Positions 11,981-25,434 are shown, numbered from the stretch's first letter. The stretch is 64,000 nucleotides of DNA from Mobula hypostoma (GCF_963921235.1 NC_086097.1:18974001-19038000); one strand, 5' to 3'. Notes: a model not told the origin generated them from the letters alone. Numbers and translations: made by a program.

Positions 11981-12212
11981 CCCTAGAACTAATGCAAATC
12001 GAGCTGCTGGTAACAGCAAAGCTGGTTTAATGGTGTTGAACAGCATTGTCTCACACTCACTGGGCTCATGCCTTCAAGCATTGACGATTATTGCTGTAAA
12101 GTGGGAAATCAATGCTAATTTTGTCCTCATTAACACATATACAAACTAGCTCTGAAATGGCCCCCCCCCTTCACATAAACATTATCACACCTTCAGTGCA
12201 TCTGCTGATAGT

Positions 12213-12720
12213 TTTGAGCAAAGTTCAAAGTAAATTTATTATAAAGTGTGCATATGTCACTATATACTACTCTGAGATTCGTTTTCCGGCAGGCCTGCAC
12301 AGAAGGTGCAAAGAAACACAGAATCAATGTAAAAACCACAGCCAAAAATGGACAACCTACCAATGAGCAAAAGATGACAAACAGTGGAAACAGCAAAAGA
12401 AAAATAGACAATAAATAAATAAACAAGCAAATAAACCTGGCAACATGAGCTCTGGAGTTCCTGAAAGTGAGTTCATAGGTTATGAAATCAGTTCAGAGTA
12501 GGGGTGAGTGAAGTTATCTACTCTGGTTCGGGAGGCTGTTGGTTGTAGGGTAATAACTGTTCCTGAATCTGGTGGTGTGGGACCTAAGGCTTCTGTACTT
12601 CCTTCCCAGTGGCAGCAGTGCTTACCCTCTGAGCCTCTGTGACGGGTATTCTGCTCCTCTGTTGGCCAGTAGCAGTGCTCATAATATAACAATTGCTAGA
12701 AGGTTTGTAGAGGCACTAAA
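12213..12720 (-). mobile_element. Rex1/Babar LINE 3' fragment
   Basis: Reverse of ctgccactgggaagg...tacagaagcc...agattcaggaacagttattacc (LPxGxxYRS...RFRNSYYP). Confidence 0.7.
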
Positions 12721-13614
12721 AATGTTTCTGTTCTCTGTCACCTTTGACTGGTGCTGGTCCAGTACACTGATTGCTTCTTGCTGCACTCAATGAGTACCTG
12801 GCCAACCTCAGTTCCAGCCAGCCCTACTGAACCAATTGCAAGCACTGAGGTGACACTAGCTGTAAATAATTTCTGGGAAAATTAATTTGCAGAATGTTTG
12901 ATGTGCATTTTTCTGATGTTAAAATCAACAGGAATATATCAGGCTTCTTTCCTTTGGACGTTACTAAGCTCTGGATGAGGTTAATTTAACATCATCGCCG
13001 CTCTGCTTTAGATTTAAGATTGTCTAGAATAACAACTTATTTTTATAGAGCATTTGAAATATCATAAAGTTTTCCAGCGCACCATCAAACATAGTGGATG
13101 CTGAGCCGGATAAGAAGCAAGAGACCAAGGTCAGGGAGGGGTGTCAGAGCTTGGACCTCAATTGTGTATCTTGTGAAGGGAGTCTGAGCAAGTTAGGGCT
13201 TTTCTCTCTGGAGTGAAGGAGGATAAGAACGAGCTGAAATGACTGTGGGCGGGGAAATCTGATAGGTGAGGACAGTGTACCATGAAAGAAAGGGAAGGAG
13301 GCCGGATACCAGAGGAAGTGATGGACAGGGCAGCAGAAGAGAAGGGTGAGAGGGAACCAGAATGGTGAATGGAAGCAGAAAGAACAGAGAGGGGTGAAGA
13401 AATTGCCAGAAGTTGGAGAAATTGATATGCACGCCATTAGATTGGAGGCTACTCAGACAGTATACTGTAGGGTAATGTAACGGGTGACAGATGACACAAA
13501 TTGTTCACAATAGAAACTGTTCTACGTAATTCACAAATACCGTAATTAAATTGTTGTGTTCACTTTAAGAGACGGTGTCTGACGTAATGATGACAGTGTA
13601 AGGCGATTGCTGTT

Positions 13615-13868
13615 GGCTTTAAGGTAAGGGGTGGGAAGTTCAAGGGGGATATTAGAGGAAGGTTTTTCACTCAGAGACTGGTTGGTGCGTGGAATGCACT
13701 GCCTGAGTCAGTGGTGGAGGCAGATACACTAGTGAAGTTTAAGAGACTACTAGACAGGTATATGGAGGAATTTAAGGTGGGGTGTTATATGGGAGGCAGG
13801 GTTTGAGGGTCGGCACAACATTGTGGGCGGAAGGGCCTGTACTGTACTGTACTATGTTCTATGTTCTT
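13615..13868 (+). mobile_element. CR1 3' fragment inside a possible TG...CA LTR-like segment (13476 to about 13946)
   Basis: FFTQRLVGAWNALPESVVEADT followed by a (TATGTTC)n tail. Confidence 0.85.
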
Positions 13869-13949
13869 CGTAATGGAAGTAAAGGGCTGCGGCTTTTGTT
13901 AAACACATAAAGTGAATCTCACATGTTTTATTCACAAAATCTAACAATA

Positions 13950-14218
13950 ACCCCTCCAAGCTTCTTAATTCATTCTCCCTCCCCCTCCCCATCCAAACCA
14001 CCTTCCCTTCTCATCAGGTTTCACCTATCACCTGCCACCTTGCACTCCTTCCCCTCCCTCTTCCTTCTGGCTTCTGCCCCCTTCCTTTCCAGTCCTGGTG
14101 AAGGGTCTTGTCCCAAGACGACAACTGTTTATCCCTCTCCATAGGTGCTGCCTGATTTGTTGAGTTCTTCCAGCATTGCTCAAAATATCCAGCATCTGCA
14201 GAATCTCTTGTGTTTCTG
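13950..14218 (+). mobile_element. Penelope-like pLTR
   Basis: Pyrimidine tract, decayed hammerhead at about 14090-14127, and the conserved 3' block ending ccagcatctgcagaatctc. Confidence 0.75.
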
Positions 14219-14774
14219 TATTTGGTCTCTAAATATTTAACTTGACAAAAAATGGATTCTTTTGTTGTGTATTCTGTACAGGTGATGGCTACTGGAGTTC
14301 CATTTACTTGTCCAAGTTCTCATTGGAACAAAGTGCAGCAACGTGGGCTTGTGAGGTGTGAGACACTGCATGAGTCAAACATCATTAAGCATTTCTCTAA
14401 AACTATCAGCACTCTGAAATATTGTGCTAGCTTCAGGCAAGAGAAATATTACCAGTAACTTTACTGAAAGGGGGGAGAAATGAGACTCATTGTCTCCAGC
14501 CTTACCATTCCTCTTTTTATATCTGCATGAATGCACTAACCTGCCAAAGCTTCAGAAGTATAATTATATCTCTGCATTAAAGCTTTCCTTGATTTGTAAT
14601 TTAGTATTAATTGTATTAGTTATGTTAATGGTGTTCTATTTCTTTTCTGGTAGAAATAGACAACAGCATATTAATATCCTGACTATATTTATAGTTAAAT
14701 TTCATGTTGTGCTGGATTTCATAAATAAGCAAGGAGACAGAAAACAAGCACATGCAAAGGCTTGTGCTGAGGCT

Positions 14775-15050
14775 CACACACAAAATACTGAAGGAACTCA
14801 GCAGGTCAGGCAGCATCTATGCATCAGATAAACAATCGGCAATTTGGGCCAGGACCCTATCTCTGGATGGGAAAGGAAGGGAGCAGAAGGTCGAGCACCT
14901 TTGCTCTGTCCACCACAATGGCCAGGATATCCCGCTGGTCACCCGTTTCAATTTGACTTCCCATTCCCACACAAGCAAGCACAGGCTGGAGGAGAAACCT
15001 TTCATATTCGATGTGGGTTGCCACTAACCTAACAGCTTGAATATTGATTT
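14775..15050. mobile_element. Penelope-like fragment with inverted pLTR
   Basis: Minus-strand pLTR at 14775-14890 joined to the plus-strand EHL...HFN...LEEKPFIF region. Confidence 0.7.
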
Positions 15051-15761
15051 GATCCATAATACTTAGGGGCAGAATTCAGCCCATCGAGTCTGCTCTGTCG
15101 TTCCATCATGGCTGATCCATTATCCTTCTCAAACCCACTCTCCCACAACCTTCGACACTCCCGTTCATCAAAAACCTGTCAGCTTTTGTTTCAAATACAC
15201 CCAATGACCCAGCCTCCACAGCCATCTGTGACAAGAAAACCACACAGACTCACCAGCCCTGGCCAGATTTCTCTAACTTCCAGTAACCACCCCCCTCTGC
15301 ATTCCCCCACGTGCCTTTTTTGTTTTCCCTTATTCTGGTAGCCCTCTAACCCCTTCTCTTCTCCGCTCCAACACGTATGACCTGTTGTAGCAGCAGTACA
15401 GTGCAAAGACATAAAAAATTGCTCTAAATTACAAAAATAAAATAATAAATTGTACAAAATTAGAATAGTGCGGTATTGGTCAGGGGTTCGATTTAGCAGG
15501 TCAAGGGCACCCATTGGAAGCATCAAGCAATCTGCTGGAGGAACTCCTCTGTCCCAAAGATGCTGCTCGACACATAGAGTTCCTCCAGCACATTGTTCGC
15601 ATCTCCATCACGCCGTTCTGCTGTTCAATGACTTTGTGATAGATCTGTGACTTGACTCCATAGAAGAAAAGAGTGAGGTAGTGATGGAAAGGAGTAAATT
15701 AGAAAGAGTAGAAGAGGAAGGTTACAAGCTAATTTTGAATTAGGAAAATACAAGAGGGTAA

Positions 15762-16435
15762 AAGATTCAAGATTATTTAATGTCATTTCCAGTACACAAG
15801 TGTAAAGGAGAATGATACCATTGTTACTGAGAATCCAGCACACAAATAAAATAAAAGATAAAGAACACAACAATAATAAGAAAACACAATAAATATAAAT
15901 ACATAAGATTTCTGCTATTCAATTTCTGAATGGACATTGAACCCTTGAACGCTATCTCACTACTTTTTAATTTCTATTTTTGTAATCCTTATTTATTTTA
16001 AATATTTAGCTACAATTCACAGTTTTTTATCTATTATTATATATTGCATTCTACTGCTGTCACAAAGACAACACATTTCAGGACATATGCAGATGATATT
16101 AAACCTCATTCTGACTCTGATGAGATAGCTTATTTTCATAGATTGATTGTATGTCAATAAAATGATGCTTGGTGCAGGAGTGGTTGTACTTAAGGTGTCT
16201 CGGACAGGAAATGATAAAGTAGTGGTGACTTGTGGGTGGAGGTGTTGATCAGCTTTGCTACTTGGGGAAGGTAATTGTTTCTGGGTCTGGTTGTCCTAGT
16301 GAGGATGCTACGTAACCTCCTCCCTGATGGGAGTGAAACGAGCAGTTCAGGAACTTGGGGGGTGGGATGCTTCATAATATTGCTGGTCTTTTAATACCAC
16401 CCTTCTGTATATACTCTATGCCCTTGATGGTGGGT
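15762..16435 (-). mobile_element. Rex1/Babar LINE 3' fragment with a nested opposite-strand Rex1 tail (about 15915-16122)
   Basis: ORF LPSGRRLRSILTRTTRPRNNYLPQVAKLIN; (TCTTGAA)-like tail. Confidence 0.75.
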
Positions 16436-16749
16436 TGTTCCTGAGGAAAAGGACAATTTAGAAAGAATGGGCTCAAATCACTCAAAACACACACAACTTT
16501 TCAGGAACAGCTTTTTCCCCTCCACCATCAGATTTCTGAATGGACAATGAGCCACGTACACTCATTCATTCATTGGGTGCCATGTCGTATGATGTGGGTG
16601 GTCTTCATTTTTCCATGACCATGATTGACCTTGCCAAATATTTCTACCTTAGTGGTTTGCCATTGCCCCCTTCTGGACAGTATCGTTACAAGACTGGTGA
16701 CGCTAGCACTCTAGCACTAATCTTGCACTCTTTTTGGAACTACTTACTT

Positions 16750-17063
16750 CGTAAAGGCATCGGTTAGTCTTGCGAGACCATGGATCTGCGCCTGGAAAGT
16801 CTTCACTCTCCAGGGCGCAGACCTGGGCAAGGTTGTATGGAAGACTAGCAGTTGCCCATGCTGCAAGTCTCCCTTCTCCATGACACCGATGTTGTCCAAG
16901 GGAAGGGCATTAGGACCCATACAGCTTGGCGCCAGTGTCGTCACAGAGCAATGTGTGGTTAAGTGCCTTGCTCAAGGACACAACACACTGCCTCGGCTGG
17001 GGCTCGAACTCACGACCTTCAGGTAGCTAGTCCAATGCCTTAACCACTTGGCTACATGCCCAT
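16750..17063 (-). mobile_element. Full-length tRNA-derived SINE with CORE-like domain
   Basis: Minus strand shows A box tagccaagtgg, B box gttcgagcc and CORE-like tgtgtccttgagcaaggcacttaacc. 11-bp TSD actacttactt at 16739-16749 and 17064-17074. Confidence 0.9.
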
Positions 17064-17384
17064 ACTACTTACTTAATTTCATTTTAAATACAGTTTATAT
17101 TTTGTATTGTAGTTTATAGTTTTTAATTATATTGCAATGTACCGCTGCCACAAAACAACAAATTTTATGACTTATGCCAGTATTATTAAATCTGCTAATC
17201 TGATTCTGATGTACTTAAACAATCTGTGTGGATGTCATACAAAACAGATTTTCACTGTACCTTGGTACATATGACAATAATAAACCAACTTACAGGATGT
17301 GCACTGAACAGTTTCTCGCTGGCCCAGACCACTCGTAACATGGGTATTGTTTGCCTTATGAATTTGGTAATAAATAACTAACTA

Positions 17385-17822
17385 ATGGAATCTACAGAAC
17401 TGGAAAAAAGCTGCAAAAAGTTGTGAACTCAGTCAGCTCTGTCATGGGCACGAGCCTCTCCAGCATGCATGACACCTTCAAGGAGTGATGTCTCAGAAAG
17501 GTGGTATCCATCATTAAGGACGTTCACCACAGGCTACATGCTCTCGTTTCATTGCTACCATCAAGGAGGAGGTACAGGAGCCTGAAGGCACACACTCACT
17601 GATTCAGGAACAGCTTCTTCCCCTCTGCCATCAGATTTCTGAATGGACATTGAACCCATGAACACTATCTCACTACTTCTCTCTTTTTTCATATTTAATT
17701 TACCTTTATTAAATATATTTACTGCAATTTATAGTTTGTATTATTATGCATTACAATGTGCTGCTGCCACATACAACACATTTCACGATGCATGCCGGTG
17801 ATATTAAACCCGACTCTGATTA
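17385..17822 (+). mobile_element. Rex1/Babar LINE 3' fragment
   Basis: LLPSRRRYRSLKAHTH*FRNSFFPSAIRFLN followed by a ctctgat tail. Confidence 0.8.
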
Positions 17823-18466
17823 TGGTCCCTCCTCCTGTTTATAACATGCCCTTCAGTTGTCTTGTTGAAGCGCATCGTTACTGTACCAACAGCTACTCTG
17901 GTCACTCCTTGGAGGGAGGGTGGTGTTGAAGATTATTGGGATGCCTTTCGATCATGTTAAAAGATCTAATTATAAGTTCTGCTGTGGCATGTAATGTTGT
18001 TTATCAGAATAATGGTGAAGTATTAGTGGCAACCATGTGTCTTCCTGCAACAGGGAATAATCTTTGGTTCAGTAGTTTTATCTGAAGATTGAATTGTCTG
18101 CTGATTCTAGCTTTTACCGAGAAGAAGAGGTCACTTGGCCATGGGATTTGTTTGTAACTATCTCCCCAGAAAATGGCCATGCCTTTGGGGAAAGATGAGA
18201 AAGAGAAAGGAAATAGATGAGGGACAGTCAATCGGCAGCCTTTGTATCACGGCCCATTTAATTCATTCATTAAATTCATAAAAAAACAAGCCGTTAAACA
18301 AATGCATACATTTTAGATAAAGCTAATTAGATTTCTGGAGTGTATTGCTGACTCGTGGTCAAATTTTGAAGTAGATTGGTAATAACAATGCCATTTAAAG
18401 ATATATATCCTGGATAATTAAAGAGCAGTTTACGCTTGCCTGTGGGTTCTAAGCTTAACTTGAAAT

Positions 18467-20178
18467 ACACTCAGTGGACACTTTCTTACATACAGTAGGT
18501 ACAGAATAAAGTGGCTACTGGGGATATTTTTGTATGTTCATGGTTTTCTGCTGCTGCAGCCCAAAGACTTCAATGTTCAATGTGTTGTGTCTTCTGTAAA
18601 CCACTGTTGTAACAAGTGGCTATTTAAGTTACCGTCACCTTCCTGTCAGCTTGAACCATTCCGACCTCTCTCATTAACAAGGCATTTTTTTTTCCCCAAA
18701 GAACCGCTGCACACGGGGTGTCTTTGGCTCTTCACACCATTTTCTGTAAATTCCAGAGATTGTTGTATGTGAAAATCCCAGAAGATCAGCAGTTTCTGAG
18801 ATACTCAAACCACCTGATTGGCACCAACAGTCATTCCACAGTCAAAGTCATTCCTTCCCCACTCTGACATTTGGTCTGAGCAACGAACAACAATTGGGTT
18901 GCTGCCTTCTTCTTCTTCTTCTTCTTCTTCTTCTTCTGTTGCTTTTTATTTACAGTTGGTACACTCCCTACTGAACTGCAGTGTGAGGAGGATTCAGGAG
19001 AGTGATCCTAACATCTACCACCACCACCCCCAAGAATAGATAATATTAATAATAAGGATGATAATAATAATAGTAACTAAATAAATATATAAACACCAAC
19101 ACTATTGACTTAAATTGTATTAATCAACCCACCAAGTTTCAAGAATTTAAATTCTTGCTATGCTTCTTTTGTGCTTCTTGTCCACAGCCCAGCAAACTAT
19201 CCAAAGTAGCAATATTTCTTCCCTGGATCTGCTTTCTCTCCCAATCATATGCCCTATCTTGCAATAACACTTGTAAGAATGTCTCTGGAAGTTAACGCGA
19301 TCTACATTCACCCAAAGTATGTTTACCAAGCCTAATCAATGTGCTATTTAAACTAGTATAGCCCAATCTAAGCCGAGTAATTACAACTTTCTCCCATCTG
19401 GCCCCTCCTCTCCACCAAAGTGAAGTATCCTTTTTCTGAATTCCATATAAATGACTCCCTTTCAATTGGGTGCCCCACAGTCCCTGCCAGATTGTGTGAA
19501 CATGGTCCTTACCCCTTACTTAATAAAATATCAACATCAATAACACCGACCTTCATAGATTATTTAGCTAGCCTATCTTCTACTTCATTTCCTTCCACCC
19601 CAACATGATCTGGAACCCACAAAAAGTAGACATACACTCTTAAGTACTGCAGCCATAATAACGTTTGTCTAACTTCCAACCAAACGTCTGGATGACTGTT
19701 GGACACACACACACCTTCAGACTACACAATACAGAGAAGGAATCAGAACGAACACTCTGTTAGGCCGTACATCCTCTGTCCACTGCAATGCGAGAAGGAC
19801 TGCCACCATTTCAATAGTATAAACTGAAAGGTTATTAGATAATTGACCCCTGAAATTCTGGGACAGAGACTGCCGCACTGGTGTTATGAGACATCGGGTC
19901 GTAAGAGCCATCCGTAAACACTGGAACTATTCCATAATATTGACAGTCGCCACTACCTCTTCAGATACACACCAGACACACCTGACAGTTTCTCACTGAG
20001 TCAAATCCGCCCTAGGTAAAGGAAATAGCTGGAGAGGGATAATGTATAAAGCCACAATCGGAGCAGAGGTCAGCTTAACCTCTTGCCTACGTCTGCATGC
20101 TTTTATGCATTGAGTTGCTGCCACATGATTGGTTAGTTTGCACTAACGAGCAGTATACAGTACCTAATGAGTGTATAA
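18467..20178 (-). mobile_element. Tc1/mariner-derived element interrupted by an I/Nimb-like LINE
   Basis: TIR-like tacactcagtggacacttt at 18467; reverse-strand transposase HTH region; resumes at about 20080 and ends gtacctaatgagtgta. Confidence 0.75.
18907..20075 (-). mobile_element. I/Nimb-like LINE 3' fragment with RNase H domain
   Basis: Reverse strand reads FTDGS, SVYTIEMVAVLLALQW and FLWVPDHVGVEGNEVEDRLAK (RNase H motifs); (GAA)n tail at 18907-18936. Confidence 0.85.
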
Positions 20179-21061
20179 TAGATGTGACAATGTCTTGTAC
20201 TACTTTCTTAAAGGAGAAAGAGGGAAAGAGGCAAGTAAAGGAGCAAGTGCCTTAAAGAAAGATCCAATAACTGCTTAAAGTATGCAAAGGGAAGAGATTA
20301 GAAAAAAATAAATGGGATCCTTTAAAAGCACAGATAAGAGAAATTATAATGAGAAATAAGGAAATGGCAGAGATATTAGCAATGCTGATATAGCAGAAGA
20401 AAACACAAAAAAAAACATTGTGGAAATAATAGGAAACCAAGGCTTGATAAAAATAAGGAAAAGAAAGTATTAGTAGTTCCCTTGATGTGGAAGATAACAA
20501 AAGCGACACCACCATATTAGAACTGAGGGAAAGTGAAAACAGAGCTGCTTGTTTGACATCAGAAAATTTAGGACTGACTATGAGCATTAAATAATGATAA
20601 TGTGATTGGGCAGTGTCAGCACTGATTTATAAAAGGAAATCATGTTTGACAAATTGGTTCATGTGAAATTATAGCAAGCAGGGCAGGTAGGTACCATTCA
20701 ACGAACATAAGTGTTTATGGATTTTCTGAAGAAATTTGAAAAGCACCACAAGAGGCAGAGATAAGGCTCTCCGGATTTATTAACACAGAATGAGGCTTGA
20801 TTAATAGAAATACGAAAATGTGAACTAAGAAAAATAGATTTTCACAATAGCAGCCAATAAACAAGTGCCACATCCTAAGGTAAATCAGGCACTAAGCTGC
20901 AAGAGGACTGAGAGTTCATTCAGTAAGAAGATGGCAAATGCAGAATAATACTGTAAAATGTGAATGTGCAGTTACAGGTGTGGCTCAAGTTACAAACACC
21001 CAGCTTGTTCTGAATGGGTGTTTGGAAAATAGAGCCTGACCTCGGGTTGCAGCAGTATCAA

Positions 21062-21610
21062 TGTGTGCAGTTTTGGTCCCCTAATCTGAGGAAAGACATC
21101 CTTGCCATAGAGGTAGTACAAAGCAGGTTCACCAGATTGATTCCTGGGGTGGCAGGACTTTCATATGACGAAAGACTGGATGAACTAGGCTTATACTCGC
21201 TGGAATTTAGAAGATTGAGGGGGGATCTTATTGAAACGTATAAAATCCTAAACGGATTGGACAGGCTAGATGCAGGAAGATTGTTCCCGATGTTGGGGAA
21301 GTCCAGAATGAGGGGTCACAGTTTGAGGATAAGGGGGAAGCTTTTTAAGACTGAGATTAGGAAAAACTTCTTCACACAGAGAGTGGTGAATCTGTGGAAT
21401 TCTCTGCCACAGGAAACTGTTGAGGCCAGTTCATTGGCTATATTTAAGAGGGAGTTAGATATGGCCCTTGTGGCTACGGGGGTCAGGGGGTATGGAGGGA
21501 AGGCTGGCACAGGGTTCTGAGTTGGATGATCAGCCATGATCATATTGAATGGCAGTGCAGGCTCGAAGGGCCGAATGGCCTACTCCTGCACCTATTTTCT
21601 ATGTTTCTAT
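21062..21610 (+). mobile_element. Young CR1/HER1 3' fragment
   Basis: CVQFWSPNLRKDILAIE...KAGTGF; near-identical to the reverse complement of 717-1275. Confidence 0.95.
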
Positions 21611-21849
21611 ATTACACTTTTCAATGAAATCTGATTGGCTGAGTTAAGCATCCTGATTCAACTGCCTGGTTGGCCTATGCTTTTATTTAAGTATATTGAC
21701 AGCAGCTGTGTTTCCAGCTTGCAGACTGATCAGGTTGTGAATGGTTCTCAGGAACTGATGCCTGTGGAGTTCAGGGGAGGAACTGCAGATAGGAAACCAG
21801 TAAATCAGAATCTTTCTTAAATAGCAGGTTTGAATATGGATTATGGATT

Positions 21850-22710
21850 CTTAGCAATGTAGAGGAGCAGAGGCATCTTGAGGTCTACATCCATAGATCC
21901 CTTAAAGTTGCCACACAAGTTGATAGGGTAGTTAGGAAGGTGTATGCTGTGTTGCCCTTTATTAGTAAGGAAGTTGAGTTCAAGAGCTGCAAGGTTATGT
22001 TGCAGCTCCATAAACCCTGGTGAGACCACACCTGGAGAATCGTATTCTGTTCTGGTTGCCTTGTATAGGAAGCATGTGGAAGAATGGACAGGGTGTAGAG
22101 GAGATTTACCAGGATGTTTCCTGGATTGGAGAACATTTGTCATGAGGAAAGTCTGAGCGAGATAGGGCTTTTCTCTTTGGGACAAAGGAGGATAAGAGGT
22201 GAGATGTAGATAGAGTGGACACCTGGCACCTTTTTTCAATGTGGCAGCGACAATACCAGGGGATTAAGGTGAAGGAACGTTTAGGGGAGATGTCAAAGGT
22301 AGGTTTTTACACAGAGAGTGTGAGTGCCTGGGACACACTGCCCGGGGTGGTGATAGAAGCTGATACAACGGGGGCATTTAAAAGACTCCTAGGTAGGCAC
22401 TTAGGTGGTGTTGTGGCATCAGCACCGCACTTCGAGGCAAGTGGCCCCAGGTTTGAATCTGGCCGACTCCTTCCACGCTTCCTGTCTGTGCTGAGCTAGC
22501 AGCTCAGCCTTGTAAAAAAGACAAATCTTAAAGAAACAGCAAAAACTGCCGCCCAAGGTGCAAAAAGGAACAAAAAGTAGGCACTTGAATGAGATAAAAA
22601 CAGGGGGTTATAGGCTGTGTGGAAGGAAGGGTAAGGTTGATTGTGAAGTCAGTTTAAATAGGGCACTGCAACATCATGGGCCAAAGGGGCCGTTCTGTGC
22701 TGTTGATCCA
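21850..22710 (+). mobile_element. Old CR1 3' fragment interrupted by a SINE
   Basis: Decayed LVRPHLE and FYTESVSAWDTLPGVVIEADT motifs. Confidence 0.8.
22403..22576 (+). mobile_element. tRNA-derived SINE (same family as 9531-9737)
   Basis: B box ggtttgaatc; 10-bp TSD gtaggcactt at 22393-22402 and 22577-22586. Confidence 0.85.
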
Positions 22711-23269
22711 TAACCAACCAAGAAAATGGAAATAATAGTGTTTAAAGGAATCTCAATATCTTTGCATTTTGAGGAAGCTAAACAAATGGAGCAGTTGTCT
22801 TCATGACATGGGTCTTACAGTGTAAGTCATAATGCAATTGTATAGGGCCTTGACGAGATCTCATCAGGACTAACCATTTTTGTTAATTTATCTAACTTAT
22901 CCTTCTCTTGGAGGGACTCCAAAAAGAATCACCATTTTGGTTCCTGGGCAGGGCAAGTTGTTCTACAAGGACACCAAAACTTGAAAATAGAAGAATGAGA
23001 TGTGAATCTTATGAGTCAGATGGAACTTTTCGGGGTTGACGCTGGGGCAGTGATCTTGGCTGGTGAGTCGAGAGCCAGAGATCATTAGTCTCAGGACAAG
23101 GAAGTGGTCATTTTGACCTAAGGTAAAGGAATCTAAATGAGCAGGATCTTCATCTTCAAGATTGTGGGAGTGGCCATTGTTGGAGAGGACCAGGGTTAGA
23201 GTGGGAGGTTTTGGCTCAACAGACTTCGCCAAGAACAGGCAGAGGCTAAGGGCACTGAGTTGTTTGGAA

Positions 23270-24690
23270 TCGTTTGTAGTTTTTAGCATTTTAGATTGTA
23301 GAGTTTAAAGTTGAGAAGCTAGAGCCAAAGGTATAGCAAGCTTGGCGAGAAGAAACCAAATAAGTGACCTACGAAGGTAAGTGCAAGATTCAAAGGTTTC
23401 AGAGAGTAGGCACAGGTAAGAAACTGTAAAGATCAGACCCAAGGACCTGCAGGAGGTTGCTGCTGACCGTACCACTTGGCGACAGCTGTGTTGGGACAGT
23501 GATCGTATTCTGGAGATGGAAAGAACAACCAGAAGACAGCAGAAGAGAGCCAGGAGAAATGCAGCCATGGTTGCCACCACTACCACCACCACATATACAT
23601 GTCCTACCTGCAATCGAGCTTGTGGGTCCAGGATATGACTGTATAGTCATCAAAGATCTCACCGTTAAAGGAGTAGGCATCATCATTGGATTTCGATGGA
23701 CAACCGAAGTCCTTAATTTGGTTTAGGTGGTAGTTGAGGAAGTGGAAAGCTCCTTCTGCGAGATGTGGGATTTCAAGGTATCTAATGGTCTCCCCGATGA
23801 CTACATCAGTGGGAAGTTCACCCAACTTCAGATAAAATAAATGAAGCTGGAGCTGGACACACGCAGGACCATCCAGGAGGCTGAAAAACTCTTAGGTGAA
23901 ACTTTTACTGAGGAGGTCACCCCCCCCCCCCCGAGAGTTCAAGCTTCAGATAGTAGATGGGTGATCACCAGGAGAAGTAAAGGGAGTGCCCAGTCATTGC
24001 AGGGTTACCTGGTGACCATTCTCCTTAGCAACAAGTATACCCCTTTGGATACTGCTGGAGGAATGACCAACAGGCACAGCAGCAGCTGCGAGCCCAGTGG
24101 CACTGTGCCGGCTCAGAAAGTCAGCAGGGAAGGGTAGCACCGGGCAGAGCCAAAGTGAAAGAAGACTGGGGGAAAGTTGCACTACTAATCACTAGCAATG
24201 TCAGAGCTGCTGTCGGAGGGGACATTACGAAGGGCTCATCCACAGAGGCAATATATGGTGGAACTCAAAAACAGGAAGAGTGCACTCACCCTGATGAAAT
24301 TGTGCCGCCAACCCCCAAGAGCCACTGGAATGTCAAGACTTTGGAGAGTGTGCAGAAGAGGTTTACCAGTATGCTACTTGGATGAGAGGGCATTTGCTAT
24401 AACGAGAGCTTGGACAAACTTGGGATGTTTTCTCTGGAGCACTGGAGGCTGAGGGGAGGTCTGACAGAGATTTATAAGATTATGAGAGGCATAGATAGAG
24501 TAGGCAGATAGTGTACCTGTTTCCCAGGGTTGAAACGGCTAATACCAGGGGGCTTGCATTTAAGGTGAGAGGGGGTAATTTCAAAGGAGTGTGAGGGGCA
24601 AGTTTTTTATATAGAGAGTTGTGGGTGACTGGGGTGGAGGGAGAGGCAGATACATTAGGGACTTCTAAGAGATGTTTTGATAGGCACTTG
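23270..24690 (+). mobile_element. Internally deleted CR1: 5' UTR/ORF1 relic joined to the ORF2 3' end
   Basis: Decayed zinc-finger region SFCEMW...PDDYI and ETFTEEVTP...WV...LSNKYTPLDT typical of CR1 ORF1, followed by ESVQKRFTSML. Confidence 0.7.
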
Positions 24691-24734
24691 AATAGTGAAG
24701 GAAAAGAAAACCAAAAGTTATGGACATAAGCACA

Positions 24735-24985
24735 GGAGGTTTTGCAGATGCTGGAATTCCAGAGCAACACACACAAATGCCGGAGGAACTCATGAGGTTA
24801 GGCAGCACCTCAGCCAAAATATGCCATCAGAATGGAAAAGGACAGGAGAAGGTGCCAGAAGATGAAGGTGGAGGGAAAGGAAAGAAGGACAAGCTAGATA
24901 GAAGGTGATAGGTGGGAGAGGGGAGATGGATTAAGAAACTGGAAGGTGATAGGTGGAAAAGGTAAAGGGCTGGCAAAGGATATGG
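24735..24985 (-). mobile_element. Penelope-like pLTR
   Basis: tgcagatgctggaattccagagcaacacacacaaatgccggaggaactca followed by a purine tract. Confidence 0.7.
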
Positions 24986-25434
24986 ACATTGTATTGGCAG
25001 AAGGGATTGGCTTAGCTGGCCATTTGATTACTAATTTAATTGGTTCAGGACAACATTATGGGCTGAAGGGCCTGTTTCTGTGCTGAACTCTTCTGTTTCA
25101 TCTACTTTATTTTAAGAAGGGTCAGTTGTTGAGTTTGTAGGAGACAAATGGCAAGAGATTTGTGAGCACTCAGAGAAGTGAGGATGGAAAGATGGAATTG
25201 ACCTGAAAGGTCAGTCATGATCTAATTCATTTACAAATACGATTTGCAGGGATTCGTTGGTTATACGCTGATAATGGAATGAATTGGAGCGTCAGGGAAA
25301 TATGGTCTGACGAGATTATGTAAAACAAAGAACTTGTAATTAGCCCATTAGAATGCAGATGAATGAAATAGATTCCATCCTTAGCTAAAGAAATGTCAGT
25401 CTTTAGGAATTCTGCACAGATCTCCTTCTGGTGA

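Noticed and set aside
14255..14370. Possible exon after ttctgtacag|gtgatggct
   Set aside because: Plausible acceptor, but no recognisable protein and no convincing donor; cannot be supported without RNA data.
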